Assembly (NCBI GenBank): GCA_032718475.1 | Contig: JAUCBJ010008798.1 | Span: 62,001-126,000, forward strand | Length of the DNA stretch: 64,000 nucleotides | Source of the DNA: Nemertoderma westbladi | Lineage: Eukaryota > Animalia > Xenacoelomorpha | Direction: 5' to 3' | Shown here: piece after piece, positions 33,801 to 44,534 of the stretch | How positions within the stretch are numbered: position 1 is the stretch's first letter | Layout of the letters: each line of letters begins with the position of its first letter | The notes under the pieces: model-generated | Database searches by the model: none | The model's input: the letters and a program-made list of their open reading frames with translations, nothing else | Told to the model about the DNA's origin: nothing | Translations under genes and position numbers: made by a program

Positions 33801-36243
33801 TCTTGTATACCTAGACGATGTAATAATATATTCAGCTAGCTTTGAACAACACATGAAGGATCTAGACGCAGTACTTACATTAATCGCCGAGGCAGGACTG
33901 AAACTAAAACTTAGAAAATGTAAATTTGCGTTGGAAGAAGTAGAATATTTAGGTCATAACGTGTCAGGTAAGGGAATACAGCCAACCAATAAGAATAAAG
34001 AGGCAGTATCACGTTTTCCTACACCAAACTCAATCACAACAGTTCGTCAGTTCTTAGGTCTAGCCTCATTTTATCGTAAGTTTATTAAAAACTTTGCAGA
34101 TATAGCAAAGCCACTTACAGAATTGCTTCGTAAGGATAAATCATTTAAATGGAACCATAATTGTGAAGAAGCCTTCAATAATCTAAAACAACGCCGTATC
34201 ACAGCTCCTATATTGTCATATCCTGATTTGAGTTCCACCGCGGGTAAGTATAAACTATATACTGATGCATCTATAACAGGTTTGGGAGTAACTCTTGAAC
34301 AATCACAGGACGATAAAATGGTTGTGATTGGATACGCCAGTAGGACACTCTTACCTGCCGAATCCAGATATTCTGTCCACGAGTTGGAGGCTCTGGCTGT
34401 TGTCTGGGGAGTGAAGAAGTTCAGACACTACTTATTAGGAAATCAGTTTGAAGTGGTTACAGACCACCAAGCTCTAAAGTGGTTGTTGACGACTAAAGAA
34501 CCAACGGGACGTATAGCAAGATGGAGCATTATTCTTCAAGAATACAATTATACTGTACTACATCGACCAGGGCGGTTTCATTCCCATGTTGACGCTTTGA
34601 GCCGTAACCCCATTAATCATGATAGCCCACAAGAAGATTCTGACATACCTGGACCTTTACTACATATACCATTGCAAACAAACACAAAAGATAATTCAGG
34701 TAAGGGAAGAACACACTCAGAAGAAGAAGTTGTAACCGTTGGAATTACTCAGGTTAGTCCCGCACAAGGATCAATTATCATTAAAGAGTTGAGTCCAGAC
34801 TCATGGAGAGCTGAACTTTATAACGATCCACGGCTAGAAGAATTAATACGTTTAAAGGAAGGTAAGGAAGGACCAGCTATAGGAGAAACACCTAGAGCAC
34901 AACAATTAAGATTAGTAAATAATATTACTATTGATAAAAAGACAGGGTTCATCTATTACTTAGGACCATCAAAGCAGGAGCGTTTATTGCTTGTACCTAA
35001 ATCTTTGGTAAATAAAATACTGTATGAACTACATGATGGTACTTCTGGTGGCCATCTAGGTATATCAAAGACCTGCGTGAAAATTCGCCAGCGTTACTGG
35101 TGGCCAACTTTGAGGGCAGACGTACAAGCCTATTGTAAATCATGTATTCATTGCCAACGCGCGAAAAGACCAAACACTAATATAGTTACACCGCTACATC
35201 CTCTTCCAGTGACCCCAAATCCATTTGATCGTGTAGAATTTGATTTGATTGGTCCGTTTCATAAGTCTAAGAATGGAAATCGTTATATTGCACTTTTTGT
35301 AGATAGTCTAACAAAGTGGCCAGAAGCAACAGCAATTCCAGACAAATCCGCAAAGAGCGTAGCGCGCGAGTTTGTAAATGAAGTCGTATGTCGCCATGGC
35401 GCCCCCAGAGAATTACTCACAGACCAAGATTCAAACTTTCGATCAGAACTTCTTAATGAGGTAAATAAAATAGTTGGTGTAAAGAAAACATACGCAGCTA
35501 TTTATCACCCACAGACAATGGGATTAGTAGAAAGGCTTAACCAAACGCTTGTCACTATGCTATCCATTTACACTAGCAAAGAACAAGATGACTGGGATGA
35601 ATATATTCCGATAGTTTTATTCGCGTATAGAACGAGTTGTCAAGACACGGTGAAAACAACTCCATTTTATTTAACCTATGGGCGAACAGCTACATTACCT
35701 GCAGATGCCATGCTTTTATCAGCTAAGGATAATATTAACTTATCAAATTATACACAAATAATGTCAGAAACATTACTGTCGGCTCGAGATACAGCAAAAT
35801 TATTACAGGAACACAGTAGGGGGAAATCGTCAAACCACTATAACAAATATCATAATACAAAGACACCTACATTTAAACCCAATGATCTTGTATTAGTTGA
35901 AGCGAAGACGTGTCCCAAAGGTAAGAGTAAGAAATTGCGTCCGAAATATACAGGTCCATTTACAGTTATAGAATGGGTTGGAGAAAATCTCAAGTTACAG
36001 GGAGCCAGAGGTAAACCTATTATTGTTCATCCAAATATGGTTAAACTGGCCGCAGTACGTGAAAGTGATGATGTCAGATTGAAATACCCTGCGATTATCG
36101 CTGATACTGACACCGACACCAGTGACCTTGAAAGTGGAGAAATACCTCCTTGGTTACTTAACCGTCATAACTATAACTCTACTGAGATTGATTATATTGA
36201 CTCCAACTCGCCTGCTATTGTGACAACCTACGACGAAATGTGA
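30847..36243 (+). CDS. Gypsy single-ORF Gag-Pol polyprotein
   Basis: Gag PSPFTGED; knuckle CYECGSLSHLRNLC; protease NVDTGS; RT YLDD; RNase H YTDAS; integrase HHCC and DDE (FDLIGP, TDQD, VERLN). No stops. Confidence 0.95.
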   Translation: MDEDETLPFLADSTPSLTRSRHMEVLPRSPSERSNGNGNDEIRLVPGGGPARRYAATTTTPREEFCLVDQDHGEPTPTVTFRGGGHRDLDPHSESVHVQVGASSQYSRPNSRHAVQNNSDRTPNISRSEFFNFWEDRLFMEDSDRRPRSRHRSDYPDRDRFNPTERNNENYYYLPDEANYVVGTGPTVVRPSPFTGEDPREVIDEWIGRFDRAANANAWSFSKRGMIIPAYLEGRAGRWYQANKTSLDRLNYSQLCNELLDRFVSSAIRFSYYDEFIKLHQTATETVEYFADKLKRVARRALSSPDTVEAQSRIRDQFLYGLHITIRCKVLEHVAHESPLENVIAEAKMIEASVRVDNPMLKAPLTEDDIERIIQKSREKIHYRSPSNHKTEFYMESTSRFEESVNKLSKQVSELTSKFNELSGGNKPKCYECGSLSHLRNLCPQLTRQKVRFDSADRSNKSREQSQERGNMDNKHDNKRENRSKSFQNNSVRSSLLRVNSTQELITEVLVESNPVEANVDTGSQVTIITQEFLNKNIGNTLYMYPGQTLTTLGGDKVDSLGRTKLNIHWGNNSWTGLVHVVPTLNCSTNLLLGIDSIITLNILETGLKIIKGDETQTNDADSNNPQDFNNQSQTNKTENTTETKTYNDEKALNNDKVNIELAKSVSVNNAYKVLRISSKGNVIIHPRSEALIKGNVIGNKLSLRNKAKVGIFIPEQEKLARSGLLGAKSIHTLNNKGHVYCRLLNSTDSKLTVRCGEHLGSLETYTEIIDNNSSDNQFVSSTHVNECDWPNLGTEAQTESLHFILRKHSSAISTGQYDVGYCDIETHNIDVTGGPIKQRPYRTPYKHRDYMKSAIDDMLEADVIEESHSPWASPVVLVKKPDGGTRFCVDYRKINAITNVPVRPLPRIDEVLDHLGGNCLFSTLDLTNGYWNVGVKESDKTKTSFVTENGQWQFKRMPYGLSGAPATFQSLMSRILYRLEGHICLVYLDDVIIYSASFEQHMKDLDAVLTLIAEAGLKLKLRKCKFALEEVEYLGHNVSGKGIQPTNKNKEAVSRFPTPNSITTVRQFLGLASFYRKFIKNFADIAKPLTELLRKDKSFKWNHNCEEAFNNLKQRRITAPILSYPDLSSTAGKYKLYTDASITGLGVTLEQSQDDKMVVIGYASRTLLPAESRYSVHELEALAVVWGVKKFRHYLLGNQFEVVTDHQALKWLLTTKEPTGRIARWSIILQEYNYTVLHRPGRFHSHVDALSRNPINHDSPQEDSDIPGPLLHIPLQTNTKDNSGKGRTHSEEEVVTVGITQVSPAQGSIIIKELSPDSWRAELYNDPRLEELIRLKEGKEGPAIGETPRAQQLRLVNNITIDKKTGFIYYLGPSKQERLLLVPKSLVNKILYELHDGTSGGHLGISKTCVKIRQRYWWPTLRADVQAYCKSCIHCQRAKRPNTNIVTPLHPLPVTPNPFDRVEFDLIGPFHKSKNGNRYIALFVDSLTKWPEATAIPDKSAKSVAREFVNEVVCRHGAPRELLTDQDSNFRSELLNEVNKIVGVKKTYAAIYHPQTMGLVERLNQTLVTMLSIYTSKEQDDWDEYIPIVLFAYRTSCQDTVKTTPFYLTYGRTATLPADAMLLSAKDNINLSNYTQIMSETLLSARDTAKLLQEHSRGKSSNHYNKYHNTKTPTFKPNDLVLVEAKTCPKGKSKKLRPKYTGPFTVIEWVGENLKLQGARGKPIIVHPNMVKLAAVRESDDVRLKYPAIIADTDTDTSDLESGEIPPWLLNRHNYNSTEIDYIDSNSPAIVTTYDEM
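30914..30931 (+). promoter_or_regulatory. Gypsy primer-binding site, tRNA-Gln type
   Basis: TGGAGGTTCTACCGAGAT directly after the LTR, complementary to the 3' end of eukaryotic tRNA-Gln. Confidence 0.85.
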
Positions 36244-38520
36244 TACAGTATCACATTTATTATCGTGGTATTAAACCAAAACTCAGAAAATAGCAGGTTG
36301 GGTTCAATTGAACCGAATATAAGATATTCAGTACTAACAGTACATTGTACGCTCGTAACAATGTGAAAAATTGTTATCACAAATTACTTAACGTAGTGTT
36401 AATTTTGGTAGTTATACTAACATAAAATAGTAAAAAGTAGAAAGGCTGCATAGCACTCAACTTTTTTTTTATTTATACTGTAGCTACTGTAGAATATTTG
36501 ATATGATATTTCTTTCTTACCATATTAATGGACACGAGTCATGCATGTGTGTTATTCTAAACTACAGAAGGTTGTAGTGATGTTGTTTTATATTACAGTT
36601 TATTCAACATTATTTTACACATCGCAATTTAGGTTTGATCCACCGATCCACGTTGTTACTGTATTTGCAAAGTTCAATTTCATCTTATTATAAAAAAAAA
36701 TCGAGGACGATTTTTGTCTGAAGTGTGGGGGTGTGACGTCAACTACAAGTCAGCCACCCTATACGGTTACATTAAATTGTAACTTTATAATCCAGTTAAG
36801 AATGTTTTCTACAGCATTTACCCATCGGCACTATTCAAAGTTTTGGCATGTCAATAAAATATTTTCTACAGTAAATGAAGACCCCCCGTGATATGAAAAC
36901 GTTTCCTATAAAAACATCCAGCTGTCAATTAAATTATATTATATTTCCGTTCATCCATTGAAAAATACTGATGTCTGGTTTTAAAGACTTGACAGAATTA
37001 ACTTCAGATAGAAACAATCCTACACTTTCGGAATAGCATCCGCCAATCACAACAGATGTTATATTTCCAAATATTATAAAATATAACTTTGTTAAACAGA
37101 GAAGGAATTTTTGTTATGATGATTGTTTAGGTTTTGTGTTGTTGGTCTTATTGTACTTGGGTTTGGGTGGGGGTAGTGTTTGATTATAATAGACAGCATG
37201 ATCAATACTCAAGTTTATATATTATTATACGTCCATATTATATTATACTTTATCAACACATTGACTGAGACGATATTATTTTAACCTACTCTCCTCCTGA
37301 TCTCCGCAGCATATAGAATTCCCTGGCAAAACTCTTCTTCGCAATCTCCTCAGTTTATTGGCACATACATACTCTATCTATTATTATCGCTCTTCGATTG
37401 TCTCCCATGGCGAACTACTGTACGCGCGTGACGGCGTTTATTGAGTGGGTTTTTTTTGATTGGTTGAATGGATGAAGACGAAACTCTCCCGTTCTTGGCA
37501 GACTCTACTCCGTCCTTGACCCGCTCACGTCACAGTATTCCGTGAGTATATTGTACCGGCACCGATAGAAGATGTTGCAGTACGAAGTTCCGGTATCTTC
37601 CCTTCCAGCGGTTTCGCCATTATCAGAATAAAAACAAAATTATTTAAAAATGAAATATTATTGGAATTACGAAAATGAAATAGGCCTATGTGCTATGTAT
37701 TTTACGTACCTTGGTATCGTTATTACAGACATGGAGTTCAGACTTATGCCTACAGTACTAGCTACTACTACTGTATAATAATCAATAAAGTGCGCAATAA
37801 TAATAAATTCAATACGGTACTTCCCAACCGGTACGGGCACAGTAACTACAACAGGTACCGGTACGGCAGTACGGGCACTGACTTGAGCAGTGTTTATTGT
37901 ACATGGGTACGTCATCTTAAGTTAGCGACATTATAAATGCCACTAAATCTTGAATCTATTATTACACCTAGTTAACTTCAATATCTATTTTCTCCTGGAT
38001 GCATGGATGATTATTTTTAAACGATAACTGTTTTCGACTGTTTTCCCTAAATTCCAACTGTTTTCGCTTGTTTTCGCCTGTTTTCGACTGTTGTCACAAT
38101 CTAGTACTATCCAAAATCTACTGTATAAAAATAAAATGTGCAAGAATCTTTGAGATGTGGGGCCTTCAACCAAATATAAATTCTTCACATTCAGGAGAAA
38201 ATCGACGCAAATAAATACATAATAACTACTGAATATTCTAAAAAATTAAACTGTTTTGTTTACTTTTGCTTATTGTTTAGGTTAGAATATTTGGTTAAAT
38301 GGTTGCCACTTTAACCACCTACTGTATTTAACTTAATTTATAATGAGCATTGTTAAATTGTCAAGATTCCCCCCCCCCCCGGTCTTAATTAGTTAACTCT
38401 TGCGTATCCAAGATAAATTACATCTTTTTTCTTCCCTGAGCTGAATCAAGAAAATATATTTTATCGGATTCGAATATTCTACTACTACTAGGATCGGCAT
38501 GCTGCATTGCAGCTGCATTT

Positions 38521-38912
38521 TTAAGAATGCTGTGCCGGCTTATCGACAAAATTGCACCGCCACAACTCCCTATCACCCATGACATTTGCTAGATCATCCG
38601 CATCTTCAAGGCCAGTGTCCTTTAGGATGCGTCTCAAGAAAGTCATGGGCTGTCCACCATGCTTATTCACTCCACGAGGCTGCCAAAGTACAAGATTATG
38701 CACTGGCTGGTCCTCACGGCGAAAGCAATGTCCTGCAAAGCGGAGGCGATTTTGTTCTAGTGTCAAGTTTGGGGGAACCAATGAGACACATCCAATGTTA
38801 CAGTATATAGTGTCTCGTTGGAGATGTGTGCATTGTACTTGACACAATGAACCCGGCGCAGCATTCTTGTGAATGTGCCATCCAGAGATTTGGTGTTCTC
38901 AGCAGTTAGAGC
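38521..38912 (-). mobile_element. RTE-type LINE fragment
   Basis: NRLRFAGHCFRREDQPVHNLVLWQP...GDRELWR; same family as 167-602. Confidence 0.75.
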
Positions 38913-38913
38913 C

Positions 38914-41290
38914 TTATCGCCCCCCAGTTCTGATTTTTTAGGAACTTGTCGCCCCTGGGTCTTTATCGCCCCCGAGTCTTTATCGCCCCTTTCATTATAT
39001 ACAGGCTACATTCCCTCAACTTTCCCAGTATTAGATAAAGTCAAATTGTTTCAGTTTTAGAAGGCCTACAATTATTTTGAACATCCAAACCTGATATCAG
39101 ATAGCTGAATATGGACTTCGGAATGGTAGAGTATCGGTTAAGTAAAAATAAAAACCCTCAAGCGGTTTACCGTACCAATGCGCATGAAGACACACTATTT
39201 AGATTTATGGTGAAAAAACGTAACAACGATGGCACAGTTAATATGCGTTGTGTTGGGTGCGACAATGTAAACCATAGACGTGCACAGGGGACACCATCTC
39301 GTACTGTACTATTGCAACAGTAAGAATTCTTAATGACCGAGGGAGTTCTAATCCAGATGAAGGAAACCATATTTGTTTAGATGCACTCAATCAATCAACC
39401 GCAGCTATCACTGCTGTACACGAATATAGAGAGACAGCTGAGGGTTTACGTGAATCTGCCAAATGTCCTGCTCAGGCTCACAATGATACATTGGAGCGAG
39501 TAAACCAGCGCTACGGAAATACACCTGATTTTGGTACGAGAAATACAGGTAGCATGCAACCTCCAGCTAATACAACACCAGCTGTCCACTTAGCATGTCA
39601 AAGATTTGCTGGTTACTTTATCAGTTATGGTAGGATGCCGAATTTGTGGTGTCATTGGATGAACGATGTCCAAGGACTACCAACCCACTCGAAGGATATC
39701 ACAACCGCCAATCAGCAACTGTATTCACCCATGTGAGACATTTGAGCTTTGGTGAGTGGATTAATGCAGCGCAGCAGGAGCAGCGAAACGCTGTTTTTCG
39801 TATAGAACAGCTACATCGAGGTGGACCAATATCAATCAAGCGTCGTCGACGATGTGATGTCGCCAATGAAAACAGAATCAACAACACCCAGATCGCTTTT
39901 CATCAAATGACCATGTTATATTTACCTATTGGTGCACCCGTCCCTATTGCTGAAGTTGAACGATATATCTCTAAACAAGCTAGTCACATCGGTTAGCCTA
40001 TATAACGTCTTTGGAATGAACTTTAACGCACCGCAACAACCTGCCTCGCCTGTGCAAGATATCGGCAACCCGGCTGCTCAATTATATCCAGAAGATGAAC
40101 CTGTTATTTTACAGTTCTAACTCAACTCAAGCACAGCTGCACAGTCATACAGTATATGGGCCTACAGTACACAGTATACAGTACAGTATATTCTTTACCT
40201 CCACTCCACTCCTATGAATGTTAACTCATAAATTCAACATATTTGTATGTTGTATAATAAATAATAATACATGTATAATATACTGTATGACTTGGAATGT
40301 ATAGTATTTTTGGTCGAAATATTCACATTTAATTCATAGACTAAGCAGTGGTTTTGTCTAGTTGTAACAATAAGGGCTTTCATTCAGGGGGTCCCAGTTC
40401 GATCTCTGGACGACGCAGCGTCCAGATTCAGTCTGTTTGGGCACGGGGCTTTAAATGCTACAGACTAGCTCTACCCAGATTGTCACCCTACACTCGTCGA
40501 TAAATCAGATACTATATAAAATTTGAGCTTTACACTTTAACAAAGCCGACTCCAGTTTGCAGGACATTGCTTTCGCCATGAGGACCAGCCTGTGCACAAT
40601 CGTCTTCTTTGGAGGAAATAAGCATGATGGACAGCCCGTGACTTTCTTGAAACACCGATTTAAGGACACTGGCCTTGAAGATTCGGATGATCTCGCGAAA
40701 GTCATGGTGGATTGTACCGTAGTAGACCGATAAATGAGATTGAGATTGGTAAAGATAGTAGAAGGGTTTACTGTGGAAGATCACCCATGGTGGCGAACAT
40801 GCATTCCACGGCTTAGTAAGTATATACGTTTCTCCAATTCAAAATTCATATTTGTTATAGTGGCGATAAGTTACCAGGGGCGATAAGGACCCGAGGGCGA
40901 TAAAGACCCGGGGGCGATATATTCCCAAGGGGCGATAAAGGACCATTTGAGGGGCGATAAGTTCCCAGGGGGCGATAAGGGCCAGGGGCGATAAAAGTGC
41001 AAGGGACGATAAGGCCCTACAATCTCTATGAATTGAGTATGAAAATATGAATAATATAATTTCTAATTGTAGGCCTCCTCTAACTGAAACTACTTGAGTA
41101 CAAATATAAATGTAAACTATAACTACAGTAAAATATGAGACTTAGAGGAAGTATGAGAAAGTTGGGGGAAAGTATCCTGTATATAATAACATGGGCGATA
41201 AAGGACCAGGGGCGATAAAGACTCGGGGGCGATAAAGACCCAGGGGCGATAAGTTCCTAAAAATTCAGAACTGGGGGCGATAAGTTCCCA
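38914..41290 (+). mobile_element. Decayed Mutator (MULE) element with transposase remnants and GGGGCGATAA subterminal arrays
   Basis: Inverted ends ~38914-39030 and ~41155-41283; broken ORFs 39111-40120 include RTTNPLEGYHNR, typical of MULE transposase C-termini. Confidence 0.7.
40534..40708 (+). mobile_element. RTE-type LINE fragment inside the MULE
   Basis: Matches ~420-595 (GCAGGACATTGCTTTCGCC...CTCGCGAAAGTCATGG). Confidence 0.7.
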
Positions 41291-43669
41291 ACAAAAATAA
41301 AATTTATAGGGGCTGCTTCGTTCACACACGCAAGTGTGGACCATACAAAACCAATGTGGCTAAGCTGAAGGACTAAACAGTCGCATTACTCATTGGCATT
41401 GCCACCCAAGTCTTGGAGATCTGATTTCGAGTATTTCAGCTCAACCATAGAACGCAGTTAAAGTACGTGTGAAAGCACTATTGCAACCAAACTCTGGTGC
41501 TGTTAGCTTTTCCGAAGACTCGCGATATTCAAAAACGGAATGCACGTCTACAGGCGGAGATGGCCCCAGTTCAACGATTTCATGACATAGTACTGTAACA
41601 CGTTCATGGGGCCTTTGCACAGCACGAGGCTCAGTTTATGAGATACAAATTTAAATCGAGCAATTCTTTTACAAAATCTGTATTTAAGAAATTAACCAAA
41701 CCGCAAATAAATCACAAGAGGGGAAAGTCGCTCGCTTTCAACCCCCTCTTAATCTGCACCCCAACCCAAAAGGCACACAGAGGATTGATGACAGGCAGGT
41801 ATTAACAGAAATTTGTGTTATAAAAGTAATATAATTTAGGCGTGGATCCGACTAAATTTGTAAGAAATATTATAACTTACGTTATGCCGTTTTATTGATA
41901 CTGAGATATTAATTTACCATGTCAATGTCACAAAAAAATTATTTAGCTATATTTGTTCTAAAGAATCTCCAAGAAATAGGCCTACTCAGCCAATCATTTT
42001 GCGAGATAAACAAGAAGCAAGCTGTCTTATTAGTCTGGGGCCTAACACTATTGTATGTCCTATAGAATTACACCTTGCTGGAATAGTGGTGAGGTGGAAC
42101 TGATTCCTAGCCCGGCAAACAAACCAGACGTGTTCCAGCACATATCAAGTACGTTTCAGCTAAATCAATGATTGCACTTTGAGATATTTCGCCCTCTAGC
42201 GGCAGACTAGAGAACTGCAGACTGATAAGCCTCCTTTGAATGACACAGTTAATGGTCTGGCTAGTACAAATATGCCAAGTTTCAGCTAGAACGGATTTAA
42301 AGCAAAGAAATGTGATGATATTTAATATCAAGCCATGTAGCCCTCTAGCGAGAGACTGTTGATTTGATGGTGTCTGAAGGTCCCTAAAAAAACTAAACTT
42401 ATGGTCTTATTGATGCCTACTAAGTTTGGACTCGACAGCTTTAAATACGACGAAGTTATAGTAAGTCAAAATCGTAGCGACGATGATGACATACAGTACC
42501 ATTATTGAATGAACTATTTGCCATAATTGACCTACCCCCCTAAGAAATAGAGTCAGTTCACAAAGGATCCGCCAACTTCGTGGCTCGGACTCCATACTCC
42601 ATGCTATAAATGTATTAATTCGATATACAATCATATATTAATCCGCTAGGTGGTGTCAAATTATTATTCTGCAATAATTTCGTACTTGCATACGCACAGT
42701 ACAGCAGTACCGTAACGGTAGGCCTATGCCATTAATTCGGAGTCTCTAGCGGATCGGATGACGGATCCCCAATTAAATGTCTTAACTTTTCAATTTCGTA
42801 AAAGATAAACTTTATGATTCTCTACAAGCAACCAAAATTTAAGCTATGGAAAATGAGGCGTTCCCGAGAAATTTAACATTTTTTCTAAAAACCACATAAT
42901 CTGTCGTAGCTGACGTCAGACTGCATGATTTTTCACCAAACTTTAGAAATTTTCTAATGTCAAAATGTATGTCACAATAATAATGATAATCGATAATAAT
43001 AACAATATACAATAATAATCGTAATGTCACAATGGCAGGCGGTCAAAATAACATCACCTCGCTAAAGTTTTCATTGCGTCAGTTTATTAGCGTGGTGTCA
43101 TTTTGGATGTTAGTTTTCACGGTTAAACGAATCTAGACCGTTATTCACGAAGTGCAGGCCTCTTAAATTTGTAGAATCTACAAAATAAACAAATTAAGCT
43201 AATTTCTAGTCCTCCAAAATCTTAATTTGTAGGTTAATTTCTAGCCTCTATTTTCTGCTTAAAAACGCTTAATAAACTTGTAATCAGCATCGAATGAGTG
43301 TATTATAAGTTCCAACAAACAGACAAATATATAGAAACACTCAAGCCTACTTGAATTTTACGTTTTTAATATTTAGTATTAAAGGTTCTTGAAACTGCTG
43401 CGAATCCAAGCACTCCTCTAGGGAAAAAAGTACTCAAACTGCTTCGACTTTAGTTTTTAATAACTCTCCCTCTCTGTCTCCTTATTGTTGTCTGTTTACT
43501 TCCACCAGCTCTTGTAAAGTGCCGATGTTATAAAGTTTTATATTATAACAACTTTTAAATTATTATTTACAAACAAACCAAACTAAACACTAATCTGTAC
43601 TTATATTTTATTTCATAGTTGTGAACCTTGTTTGTATATAATATTAATTTTATTGATTGTTTCTACATA

Positions 43670-44534
43670 CCGTATTTACTCGAATAAAAGCCCACCCTCA
43701 AATAAACGCCCCCTCGAATAAAAGCCCCCCTTTCCATCAAATTAGCAACTTAAATGCCTACCCCGAATAAACGCACCGGCGTTTAATAATATTACAATGT
43801 GGGGCGAGCCACGATTAGTGAGCGATGCCTATCTAGCACACAATTATCATTAATATATAGGGCCAAATGTAATGTCCGTCTGTCCCGCCCGTCCGCCTGT
43901 CTGTCCGTCCGTCAGTCCGTCCGTCTATCAGTCCGTCCCTCCCTTTGTCCGTCTGTAAGTCCGTCTGTTTGTCAGTCCGTCTTTCTGTCCGCCTCTAAGT
44001 CTGTCCGTCTGTCTGTCCGTCTTTAATTAAAAATTCAATTGATAATAACAAGTAAAGTTAAGTAAACTAGTAAAGTAAATCTTGTATCACCGGATGTGAT
44101 CATAATCCAATAAAATGTTGATGAAGAAGAAAGAAGACCTTGAGGAGACAGCTTTAAATAAAAGGGAGAACGATTTCTCGGATGTAGATTCGGTGTGTGA
44201 ATCTGATGAAGGGCCATTTATGGGTTTCGACTGATTGTTAAGACTGACATTGTTGAGAGTTACTGGTAACTGATTGTTAAGATAAAGATAATCCAGGTTT
44301 TATTTCATTTGTTTAACTTATTTTCTTGAATTTAACAACATTCTTTATTCAGGGTATTTAGATTCAAAATGATGAAAATCTAGAACATAAACATAAATGC
44401 CCCCCCCCCCCCCCCCAAACCCGACAATTTGGAACTTAAACGCCTACCCTGAATAAAAGCCCCCTCGAATAAACACCTCCCCAATTGGCAATTTATAAAC
44501 TTAAACGTCCAGGCTCTTATTCGAGTAATTACGG
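43670..44534. mobile_element. pogo/mariner-like MITE containing a DINE-like insert with a (GTCY)n tract
   Basis: TIR CCGTATTTACTCGAATAA / TTATTCGAGTAATTACGG flanked by TA; subterminal GAATAAA.GCCC repeats; microsatellite at 43874-44022. Confidence 0.75.

Larger units (their letters stand above)
30111..37534 (+). mobile_element. Full-length, very recent Ty3/Gypsy LTR retrotransposon
   Basis: 803-bp LTRs (30111-30913, 36732-37534) with TGTGACGT/ACGTCACA ends and only one difference noticed; 4-bp TSD GTAT; tRNA PBS; G-rich tract before the 3' LTR. Confidence 0.97.
29788..38112. mobile_element. Non-autonomous Mutator-like element with ~220-bp TIRs, host to the Gypsy insertion
   Basis: Inverted arms 29796-30022 and 37898-38112; 9-bp direct repeat AAAATCTAC at 29779-29787 and 38113-38121. 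Confidence 0.75.

Noticed and set aside
40345-40425. tRNA-Glu-like sequence
   Set aside because: Only a B-box-like GTTCGATC and a partial anticodon arm are recognisable; too decayed to call.
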